Shown here piece by piece: positions 43,270 through 51,700 of a stretch of 64,000 bases of DNA. Every line of letters begins with the position of its first letter. Position 1 is the first letter of the stretch. The position numbers were made by a program, and so were the translations under genes. The notes under the pieces are model-generated. The model searched no databases and was not told the DNA's origin. It saw nothing but the letters and a program-made list of their open reading frames with translations. Source of the DNA: Meyerozyma guilliermondii (taxonomy: Eukaryota); NCBI GenBank assembly GCA_051546255.1, contig CP128816.1:1054001-1118000 (forward strand), read 5' to 3'.

Positions 43270-44703
43270 ATGTCTGCATCATTCAATGTTGTGTACGGCA
43301 ACATAACCAAGCGAGTTGAAGCCCGCAAAAGCGATACTGTACACCAGCTTACCAACATATGCATGCAAAAGTACAAAATAGATTCAAACATGCGTGGAGA
43401 ACTTCACTACAATGGCAAACGACTCGACAGTCTGCTTCCAATTCGTCTAGCCAATTTGGCCAATAATTCGAGATTGACGTTACTGGTGCAAAGTGTGGGG
43501 GATTCCAAGGATAAAAATGTAAATGTGAAGCTTATGGTTGTATTTCCAGACAATAAAACTCATACGTTCATACTGACGGTACCGGCAAACATCATGCTAG
43601 TAAAGCTAGTTGAAAGCATGGAAAAATCGAACAATGTTGATCTCATGGAGGTTCCTGGCTACTATATGAAACTTTCTGTTGTCAACACACAGTTGAGTAG
43701 CTTGGATGAGAGGTTTACTACGGTTCGTCTCAACTCGATTATTGGTTTGGATGTTTCCAGCTTGGTGATACGTTTGAGTTACTCAAGGGTGGATAACCAT
43801 GAAACAGTCTTGAAGCAGAAGGAGATTGTCAAGAAGCAACTTGAAGAGCAACAAAAGTGGAACGAACGTCGTGAGTTGGAAAGAGTGGAGAGGGAGAGAC
43901 AAAGTGCACAAGAAAGAGAGCTTTCAGAAACAAGACAAGAACCAGTAGATGAAGCTAACTCCAACGAAAATGAAACTATTTCCAAACAAGCGCCACTGAA
44001 CCGGTTCGTTGATCAACCACCCCAACCAAGCATTTCCAGCGTTTCGAGTCGAGTAGACCATACGACCCATGTCGAGCCAAATCCAGTGGCGCAGCCTACA
44101 TCCCAAAATAACCTGCAAAAACCAGAAAGCGCCGAGTATTTCATACCCTCGGATAAACGCTACATTTATGAAAATTCTGACGATGACTACGACATGACGG
44201 TGACCCAAGCACAAAAGTACCACAAGCTAATTCAGGATTCCGCAGCTAGAAAGGCTCCCAAACAAGCTCGCAAACCACAATCGTACTCTGTTCGTATCAA
44301 GTTTCCCGACAGATCATTGCTTCAATTGGCATTTGCAGCCGATTCTAAGTTTGGACAAATTCTCAAGGAACTCGACCACTACATCTTGCCAGCATACAAA
44401 GAAAATTACCACCTTAAGGTGGCCTACCCTCCTTTCAAAAAGCTCGAATTTTCATTTCTGGCCAACAACACTAGGTTAGACGAACATGGAGAGTTTGGGA
44501 GTAACGAAAATATTGTTCTACTTTGGGAAGTTACCGACGGTGATGCATCTGGTCCCTTTATCGACACCAAATTGGTCAATGCGAAAGAAACTACAGAATT
44601 GCCTGAAATCCAATTAGAATCGAACCGGGGGCAGCTTCCAGATGATACTCAAAAACCACAGGGTAAGAAGTCAACATGGTTGCAAAAGACGTTCAAGAAG
44701 TAA
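43270..44703 (+). CDS. UBX4: TUG/ASPL-type UBX protein (Cdc48 cofactor)
   Basis: N-terminal TUG-UBL (LD(S)LLPIRLANLANNSRL), DDDYDMTVTQAQKY, UBX VRIKFPDRSLLQ, YPPF, terminal WL. ATG at 43270. Confidence 0.8.
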   Translation: MSASFNVVYGNITKRVEARKSDTVHQLTNICMQKYKIDSNMRGELHYNGKRLDSLLPIRLANLANNSRLTLLVQSVGDSKDKNVNVKLMVVFPDNKTHTFILTVPANIMLVKLVESMEKSNNVDLMEVPGYYMKLSVVNTQLSSLDERFTTVRLNSIIGLDVSSLVIRLSYSRVDNHETVLKQKEIVKKQLEEQQKWNERRELERVERERQSAQERELSETRQEPVDEANSNENETISKQAPLNRFVDQPPQPSISSVSSRVDHTTHVEPNPVAQPTSQNNLQKPESAEYFIPSDKRYIYENSDDDYDMTVTQAQKYHKLIQDSAARKAPKQARKPQSYSVRIKFPDRSLLQLAFAADSKFGQILKELDHYILPAYKENYHLKVAYPPFKKLEFSFLANNTRLDEHGEFGSNENIVLLWEVTDGDASGPFIDTKLVNAKETTELPEIQLESNRGQLPDDTQKPQGKKSTWLQKTFKK

Positions 44704-44731
44704 TCGGGCCGTGCGGCTGACAAAAAAAACT

Positions 44732-44926
44732 CCGGTTGCGGCTTGGTTATCTTTCCGGTAACGGCATGCACAAATTGCGCAAATACGCATGGGCTCCAGC
44801 CCTAAGTGCAACGCATTTGCAATCAATTTCAAGCTTTGGAAACTGTAGTTATCTCTAAACCCCTCTATCACTCCAACGAACACATGCTGTGAGGCTGAAT
44901 ACGAAATCAACCCTATCTATGACTCA
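44732..44926. promoter_or_regulatory. GCN4 upstream region: two CCG-N4-CGG (Leu3-type) sites and a TGACTCA Gcn4 site
   Basis: CCGGTTGCGG 44732-44741, CCGGTAACGG 44755-44764, TGACTCA 44920-44926. Confidence 0.55.
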
Positions 44927-45176
44927 CGTCGCGAATTATTAATATACCATATTTTACGCAGGCAATGTACGTGTGCGGCTGGCATCGGTAAATCTCAGTC
45001 CTGCCCGATTAGGTTTGTGCGCATTTTAGTGAGGGGGAGGCAGGAGCGAAAAAATTTTCACGATACATAAAAGGAGATCGTTCGCACTTGTCTCTCATCT
45101 TTATCAACAACAACAGCTGTTTCAGATTTTATTTTATTTTTTACTTGATTGCCCAAATATAGACGAAAGAGTAAAA

Positions 45177-45367
45177 ATGTGTGCTTAAATTTGTAATCGA
45201 AAGGTTTACGAAGGAAAAAGTTATTAAAGTTGTATTTCTCCAAAGAAATTAGAACATTTAATTACATCCCCGTGTTGTTGTTAATAAATTATTTGAAAAT
45301 GTTGATATGAAAGAAAACGGCTAAGTCCGCAATGGCGTCCCTATTAGAGAAACTAAGAAAGTTTTGA
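45177..45367 (+). promoter_or_regulatory. Four uORFs in the GCN4 leader
   Basis: 45177-45188 MCA*, 45299-45310 MLI*, 45307-45324 MKENG*, 45332-45367 MASLLEKLRKF*. Confidence 0.85.
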
Positions 45368-45417
45368 ATTTTACCACTACTACTGAAACTATTATTACAT
45401 TGTCACCTGTTTTTACA

Positions 45418-46278
45418 ATGTCTGCTGCTAACCCTATGATTTTAACCGGAGATTCATTCGAATCTGCCGATGTTTTCAATTCTGCGTCTGCTACTTCTGA
45501 TCGTACTTTGGGCAGCCAAATGCTTGCCATGAAAGCGTCAGAAAATAGCGAAGAGTTAAACTCCCACCTCCCTCCTGTAATCGAAGCCATGGGAGGCATT
45601 GGTGGTGATTTTGACGCTTCACCACTTCACGTCCAGTCCTCGGTATTAGACTCCGTGTTTAGTACCACCTTAGAGGGCAATGACGTCCAAGATCACACTC
45701 CTATGTTTGATGAGCTTGACCTCATTATGGACGGTGCTAAGGTGAACCTGCTGGATGATTGGGTTGCCTTGTTTGGTGATGAATCCGAAGAGACTTCGGT
45801 TCCTGAACTGAGCTTGGTAACTCATGAAGACATCAATCTTTCTGAGCTAAAAGATTTTGCGCAGCCAAGCCGCAAGAGAATGTTCTCAGAGGTTGAATCG
45901 TCTACTGTATCTTCTATGAATGTGCAGGACCAGCTATTCACCCCAAAGACATCGTCCTCATTGCCAACACCCGTTTTGGACAATGAAACTTTGAAACCCT
46001 CGAGGTCATCGACTAAGGTTGATCACTTGGGATGTGTTACGTACTCCAAGAAGCAAAGATCCCAGCCTTTACCTCCAGTTGCTACTGAATCCACAGACCC
46101 TATTCTGTTGAAGAGAGCCAAGAACACTGAAGCCGCTCGTCGGTCTCGTGCTCGTAAAATGGAACGTATGTCTCAGTTGGAAGACAAGGTGGAGAAGTTG
46201 ATGGGAGAAAAGTCAGATTTAGAGCTGGAAGTCAATCGCTTAAGAGAAATACTAAGAGCGAAAAACATCAGTTTCTAA
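45418..46278 (+). CDS. GCN4: bZIP general amino-acid control activator Gcn4
   Basis: TPMFDELD, DDWVALF, DHLGCVTYSKKQRSQPL, KRAKNTEAARRSRARK and leucine zipper. ATG at 45418. Confidence 0.96.
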   Translation: MSAANPMILTGDSFESADVFNSASATSDRTLGSQMLAMKASENSEELNSHLPPVIEAMGGIGGDFDASPLHVQSSVLDSVFSTTLEGNDVQDHTPMFDELDLIMDGAKVNLLDDWVALFGDESEETSVPELSLVTHEDINLSELKDFAQPSRKRMFSEVESSTVSSMNVQDQLFTPKTSSSLPTPVLDNETLKPSRSSTKVDHLGCVTYSKKQRSQPLPPVATESTDPILLKRAKNTEAARRSRARKMERMSQLEDKVEKLMGEKSDLELEVNRLREILRAKNISF

Positions 46279-46417
46279 ACAAAAAATGAAAAAAAAAAAT
46301 ATGATTTAGCTTAAATGTAATAGTACGAACACATTGAAAGTTGTAGAGCTGCAAGATAAAAGGTACTGCTTCGTGTTATCTATTTCACTATTCATTATCG
46401 TCTGCGTCTCGTCATTA

Positions 46418-47080
46418 TCATTTCTTGGCGTAGGTCAATACAGCCTCTGGACCAAGTTTCAGAATATCTTCTTTGGTAGTGCCCTGTAAGCATTTTGTTG
46501 AAAGCTCTTCTGACTCAAACTCAATGAAGGACAAGTTAAGAGCTTTGACAAACCTTGTGTTGATAAAGCCAGGAAAAGATCCGAAAAATGCTTGAAGTAC
46601 ATCGTTCAGGTCGACTGTAGTGTTCTGGAGCAAAAGCACATTATTTGGTGGAAGCAGCTTCCAATCTTCTATCTTTATCTTCTTCTTGATCGGTTCTGGA
46701 GCAGCAGCAAAATCTGGCTCATCATTTTGAACTTTTCGTTTATTTGCCAGTGTCAGTTCCCTCTTAGCCTTCTCATTCTTACGTTTTTCTACAGTTTCGG
46801 TATCTTTCTTGACAGCAATAAAATACTGGTCTGAGTTTTTTTTGGCATAGGATATCTCAATTGGTTTCTGGAAGAGCTCGTACAGTTGTAGTTTCTCCAT
46901 AGCTGCTGCTGATTGCAGTTTATTGGCAAAGGTGACGAATGCTTGTCCTTTCATTTTGATATTTTTATTGGCGGTGATTTGAAGCACCTCACCAAACTTG
47001 GCGAAGATGCTCTCAAGCAGTCGTCGAAGCGTGTTGACCGATACTTTTTCGTTCAAATTGCGTATGTAGAGCGTTTCCAT
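46418..47080 (-). CDS. U2B''/U1A-family snRNP protein (two RRMs; MSL1/MUD1-like)
   Basis: TLYIRNLNEK, KMKGQAFVTF, ISYAKKNSD; second RRM PPNNVLLLQN...FPGF...FIEFE...YAKK. Confidence 0.88.
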   Translation of the reverse strand: METLYIRNLNEKVSVNTLRRLLESIFAKFGEVLQITANKNIKMKGQAFVTFANKLQSAAAMEKLQLYELFQKPIEISYAKKNSDQYFIAVKKDTETVEKRKNEKAKRELTLANKRKVQNDEPDFAAAPEPIKKKIKIEDWKLLPPNNVLLLQNTTVDLNDVLQAFFGSFPGFINTRFVKALNLSFIEFESEELSTKCLQGTTKEDILKLGPEAVLTYAKK

Positions 47081-47472
47081 GGGGAGAGTAATGGAGAAGA
47101 GAAATGCACCGATGATTTACGATGGCATGTCTGCAGGAAACAAGAAGGTTTACCTGCCGGAAAGAAAACGGTTCCAAGCCTGTATACTATACAAGAAATC
47201 ACATGACTTACATATTGAATCCACTTCTCAATCAAGTGTATTTAGTCCCCATATCCAATGTTCCGTCTCCGCGTCATCTCTCCATTGACGGCTGTGGCTC
47301 TTTCTTATTGTCTTTTGGCGCTCTGCTCCCCGCTCTGCCCAGCCAAGCAGAGCCCGCGCATCTGTCAGCAGAGTGCGAGTCCGGCATACGCGCGCAGAGA
47401 TAAACCTGGGCGATGCAGTCCACGCCGCTCGGTTTTTTGCATCAGGACCATCGCCAAACAATCAACTTTTCC

Positions 47473-48387
47473 ATGTCTGTGGTGGCCATAAAGAACCAGG
47501 TAGCTAGCTACTTTCAAAAATCACGTCTGGATGACGAGTTGGAGCGCGTAAATGGACTTTTGGAGTCGGGCCAGTCTCCTTACGGATCAATAGAAGGCCA
47601 AGATCGGGCTTCAGCTAGAGCTAATGAAGAGAGAGCGATTGAAACAGCCAAAAGTAATGTGGAAAACAATGACTACGATTCAGAAGATGAAGGATTTTTC
47701 AACAAATTTGACCCACGGGTGATGTCAGATATTATAATTGGGTTATCGGACGGGTTGACAGTTCCGTTTGCATTGACAGCAGGATTGTCATCGCTTGGAG
47801 ACACCAAGCTTGTTATCACTGGTGGATTGGCCGAGTTGGTGTCGGGAGCCATTTCTATGGGTCTTGGTGGATACTTGGCCGCGAGGTCCGAATCGGAATA
47901 CTACCATGCGCAGGTCAAAAAAGAGAAACTTGGGTTTTTCAAGAAACCTGAGCTGATCAACCAGGAAGCGGCTGAAATCATGTTTGAGGTGGGTGCCTCG
48001 GAACAAACTATTGCATCATTTCTTAAGGACTTGGATTCCAAACCTAAGAATCTCATCGACTTTATCATCAGGTTCGGTAAAGGTTTGGATGAACCAGCCG
48101 ATGGACGTGAGCTCACTTCGGCATTGACCATTGGTCTGGGTTACTTCTTGGGAGGTTTCGTTCCCCTTATTCCATATTTCTTCTGTTCGGTGGTACGTAC
48201 AGGATTGCTTGTGTCGGTGATAGTTATGTTGATCACATTGTTCATTTTTGGTTACGTTAAAACGTCAATATCATTGGGTGATGACTGTGGTACCAGCAAG
48301 AAGGTGTTGGAAGGGTTTCAGATGGTAATTATAGGATCGGTAGCGGCAGGAGCCGCCTGGACCCTTGTCTATTTTATTGACAATTAG
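47473..48387 (+). CDS. CCC1: Vacuolar Fe2+/Mn2+ transporter (VIT family)
   Basis: MSVVAIKN start, SDIIIGLSDGLTVPFALTAGLSSLG, GAISMGLGGYLA, GGFVPLIPYF. Confidence 0.95.
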   Translation: MSVVAIKNQVASYFQKSRLDDELERVNGLLESGQSPYGSIEGQDRASARANEERAIETAKSNVENNDYDSEDEGFFNKFDPRVMSDIIIGLSDGLTVPFALTAGLSSLGDTKLVITGGLAELVSGAISMGLGGYLAARSESEYYHAQVKKEKLGFFKKPELINQEAAEIMFEVGASEQTIASFLKDLDSKPKNLIDFIIRFGKGLDEPADGRELTSALTIGLGYFLGGFVPLIPYFFCSVVRTGLLVSVIVMLITLFIFGYVKTSISLGDDCGTSKKVLEGFQMVIIGSVAAGAAWTLVYFIDN

Positions 48388-48580
48388 CATGTATAATATA
48401 GAGTTTAAGAGTTTGCACAAACTAATTAACCTTGGTCTAAAGAAACCGGTGCTTCTACAGCAAGTATCTACAGTAATTTCCCAATTTTATACTGCCCAGT
48501 CTCCACATCTTCCCGTTCCTGCTTCTAGTCTCCTGTGCACTCCTTCTCAATAAATCTCCTCGTTTCTTTGCCACTACACC

Positions 48581-49417
48581 ATGTCCAAGTTTGCTGAAAG
48601 ATTATCCCGAATTGCCATTCCTGTAGGTGTTGCCGTCACCCTCGGCCAGTCTGCCATCTATGATGTGGAGGGAGGAAAAAGAGCCGTGATTTTTGATCGT
48701 CTTAGTGGTGTTCAACAACAGGTGATTGGAGAGGGAACTCACTTTTTGATACCATGGCTCCAAAAAGCCATTGTTTACGATGTCAGAACGAAACCCAAGA
48801 CCATTGCAACCACCACCGGATCAAAAGATCTTCAAAACGTTTCGTTGACGTTGCGTGTTTTGCACCGTCCCGAGGTGATGAACTTGCCCAAAATCTACCA
48901 ATCGCTTGGTTTGGATTATGATGAAAGAGTGCTTCCAGCCATTGGAAATGAAATATTAAAGTCGATTGTAGCCCAGTTTGACGCTGCTGAGTTAATCACA
49001 CAGCGTGAAGTGGTATCGGCCCGAATTCGTCAGGAGTTATCTCGCAGAGCAAACGAGTTCAACATTAGGCTTGAGGATGTTTCGATCACCCACATGACGT
49101 TCGGAAAGGAGTTTACCAAGGCGGTGGAGCAGAAGCAAATTGCTCAGCAGGACGCTGAAAGAGCCAAATACTTGGTGGAGAAGGCAGAACAAGAACGTAA
49201 TGCCAATATCATTCGTGCTGAAGGTGAAGCCGAAAGTGCCGAGACGGTTTCCAAGGCATTGGCGAAGGCCGGAGATGGTCTCTTGATGATCAGACGTTTG
49301 GAGGCCTCCAAAGAGATCGCAGCCACGTTAGCCGGTCTGCCTAATGTGCTGTACTTGCCAGGAGGAGGCAAAGATGAAGACCAAAAGAACTCGTTGTTGT
49401 TGAATGTGGGTCGCTAA
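48581..49417 (+). CDS. PHB1: Prohibitin 1
   Basis: YDVEGGKRAVIFDR, GEGTHFLIPWLQ, TGSKDLQ, AQFDAAELITQRE, KQIAQQDAERA. Confidence 0.97.
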   Translation: MSKFAERLSRIAIPVGVAVTLGQSAIYDVEGGKRAVIFDRLSGVQQQVIGEGTHFLIPWLQKAIVYDVRTKPKTIATTTGSKDLQNVSLTLRVLHRPEVMNLPKIYQSLGLDYDERVLPAIGNEILKSIVAQFDAAELITQREVVSARIRQELSRRANEFNIRLEDVSITHMTFGKEFTKAVEQKQIAQQDAERAKYLVEKAEQERNANIIRAEGEAESAETVSKALAKAGDGLLMIRRLEASKEIAATLAGLPNVLYLPGGGKDEDQKNSLLLNVGR

Positions 49418-49435
49418 GTATGGTCCGTGTATATA

Positions 49436-50851
49436 TTAACTATTACCTGTGAGGCGCTCTATGTCTTTGATCTCTTTAGCTGCGTTGGTCAATACTTGGT
49501 GACCATTGCTTGTAATCGCAACATTATCTTCCACACGAACCCCGATGCCATGGTACCATTTGGGCCATTGAGAACTCTCTGGTATATACAAGCCTGGTTC
49601 CACGGTTACAACGTTTCCAGGTACGAGTCCTTGATGGCGGGATATGGTTGGAACATCGTGTAGATCCAATCCCAAATGGTGGCCTATATAATGAGGGTAA
49701 AGTTTGTTTGCAATTTGGCTGTGGGAAACACCACTAAAGCCAGGAAGATTCTTCAATTCCTGACTCAAATGTTCCACTGACACATTATGAAGTTCCTGGA
49801 GAGAAATTCCAGGCGAACATTTTGCTATGACGGATTTGTTCACAGCTAGAACTGCACTGTAGATATCTTTCTGAGGTTGGGTGAATTTGCCCACAGGCCA
49901 GCCACGAGAAATGTCCGCACAGTATCCTCCGAGTTTCCCTCCAGCGTCAATGAACACTAGTTGGTCTTTTTTAAGAACATCGTCATTTCTAGTGTAATGG
50001 ATGGTGAGCGCATTATTGCCCGAGGCCACCACCGGAATATAGGCATGTTTTTCACAGCCATGGCGAACAAACTGGTACTCCAAGAGTTTAGCAAGCTCGT
50101 TTTCTGTCTGGAGCTCGTTGGTCATAGCCATACACTTATCTATGGCAGAACTGGAGGCAGCACCTGCCTTGGCCATAACTGCGATTTCGCTCGCAGACTT
50201 GACGGCTCTCTGTCGAGCCACAAGATTTGTTAAGGATCTCACTGATTTCAGGTGCTGGTCTAGTATTCTCTGCATGGGGTACTTGGGCTGGGGAGCACTG
50301 AAGTACAGAGCAAACATGGACTTGGAACTTTTGTTGGGATCATCGTAATAAACGTAATCATTGCGTGCGATGAGCTTGGAAACGTACATTTCAAAATCGT
50401 CAATTGGGGCAGTTTCATCCGCATTGAACACCTCATACGCTCCAGCGGTACCACTACGTGCACCCTCCCAGAGCTCTTGTGCTGGAGCAGACTCGGGCAC
50501 CAACATATGCAAAACCACATCATCGTCGTTGCCGTTATCGCGGACTTTTTCAATGATAGCCACAGAGTTTGGCTCGAGCCACCCTGTTAGATAGTACAAA
50601 TCATTGTTTTGCTGAAAGTCGTAGAACACAGCACCGGAAGCATACTTGACGTTGTTCCCCACCAAAACTGCAATGGATTTTTTGGGAAGCTTACTGGCAA
50701 GCACCATCCGTCTTTGGTAATATTCCAATGCTGATATTCCTGGGGTGATTTCTCCTGCTCCTACGGAGTGTGAGCGTGTTTCGTGGGTAGGCTGACCGTA
50801 CCGACATGCCCTTCGACCCGCCGATAGTGGCCGAATAAACTGTTTCCACAT
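49436..50851 (-). CDS. ICP55: Mitochondrial intermediate-cleaving aminopeptidase P (M24B)
   Basis: Presequence, GQPTHETR, ITPGISALEYYQRR, IHYTRND, DISR, HYIGHHLGLDLHD, EPGLY, GVRVED. ATG at 50851. Confidence 0.93.
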   Translation of the reverse strand: MWKQFIRPLSAGRRACRYGQPTHETRSHSVGAGEITPGISALEYYQRRMVLASKLPKKSIAVLVGNNVKYASGAVFYDFQQNNDLYYLTGWLEPNSVAIIEKVRDNGNDDDVVLHMLVPESAPAQELWEGARSGTAGAYEVFNADETAPIDDFEMYVSKLIARNDYVYYDDPNKSSKSMFALYFSAPQPKYPMQRILDQHLKSVRSLTNLVARQRAVKSASEIAVMAKAGAASSSAIDKCMAMTNELQTENELAKLLEYQFVRHGCEKHAYIPVVASGNNALTIHYTRNDDVLKKDQLVFIDAGGKLGGYCADISRGWPVGKFTQPQKDIYSAVLAVNKSVIAKCSPGISLQELHNVSVEHLSQELKNLPGFSGVSHSQIANKLYPHYIGHHLGLDLHDVPTISRHQGLVPGNVVTVEPGLYIPESSQWPKWYHGIGVRVEDNVAITSNGHQVLTNAAKEIKDIERLTGNS

Positions 50852-50908
50852 AAAACTTGAGAGTTCGCAGAGTGAAAATTTCCAAACTGGTGGTGATAAC
50901 AAAAAAAA

Positions 50909-51700
50909 ATGAAAACGACCGGGTTCGACTTTCTCGAGCAGTTACCCACAGTAGAAGATCCTCCACAACTGAGACAGACGAAAAAAGGCAAGAAGAAACA
51001 AAAAAAGGCCCACATTGGGTTCAAGTCAATTAGAGACGACATCGTTTCCCAAAGTGTGGGGTCGAAAATTCTTCACTATCACTCGATAGCTTTATTTAAA
51101 GACGACTTGGGACTCTTGCTTCCGGGGAATTGGCTCAATGACAACAATATAGCCTTCATTTTCGAGTGGCTCACCCATACCCATCTTGCTCCTCGAACGA
51201 GTTTGGTGTTTCCATCGATCGTTCAGCTTCTTGTTCACTTCCCACTGCTGGACGATTTATCATCGTTAATCCCCACAAAAGACACCGACTATGTTTTCTT
51301 GCCTCTCAATGATATCGAAGACTTCCAAGAAACCGACTTGGAAGCGGTCAATACGGGAGACCACTGGCTCTTGTGTGTATATTCGTATAGAAGCAGCCGG
51401 CTTTATGTCTACGATTCGGCCGACGATACCAATGATGAATTGTTGGAAGCGCTTGCCAAGCGCATCGAAATAGGAACCAAGACCCGTAAAGTGGAAATCA
51501 CAAAGATGGTATGTGACCAACAGCCCAATGAAGACGATTGTGGGGTATATGTGTTGATGATCACTTGTGCGTTGATGAAAAAGATAACCGACCACATTGA
51601 AAACAACGAAACCCAGCTTTTGGACATTCTGAGTCTCAAGTTCGATGCCACTTCGGCTCGAATGTTCATGATGAATCTTGTTCGAACCCTCCAAAATTAA
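50909..51700 (+). CDS. Ulp1/C48-family protease, NEDD8-specific NEDP1/DEN1/SENP8-like
   Basis: DLGLL.PGNWLNDNNIAFIFEWL, FLPLND, GDHW, YDS, QQPNEDDCGVYV (H-D-Q-C residues); single catalytic domain only. Confidence 0.8.
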   Translation: MKTTGFDFLEQLPTVEDPPQLRQTKKGKKKQKKAHIGFKSIRDDIVSQSVGSKILHYHSIALFKDDLGLLLPGNWLNDNNIAFIFEWLTHTHLAPRTSLVFPSIVQLLVHFPLLDDLSSLIPTKDTDYVFLPLNDIEDFQETDLEAVNTGDHWLLCVYSYRSSRLYVYDSADDTNDELLEALAKRIEIGTKTRKVEITKMVCDQQPNEDDCGVYVLMITCALMKKITDHIENNETQLLDILSLKFDATSARMFMMNLVRTLQN

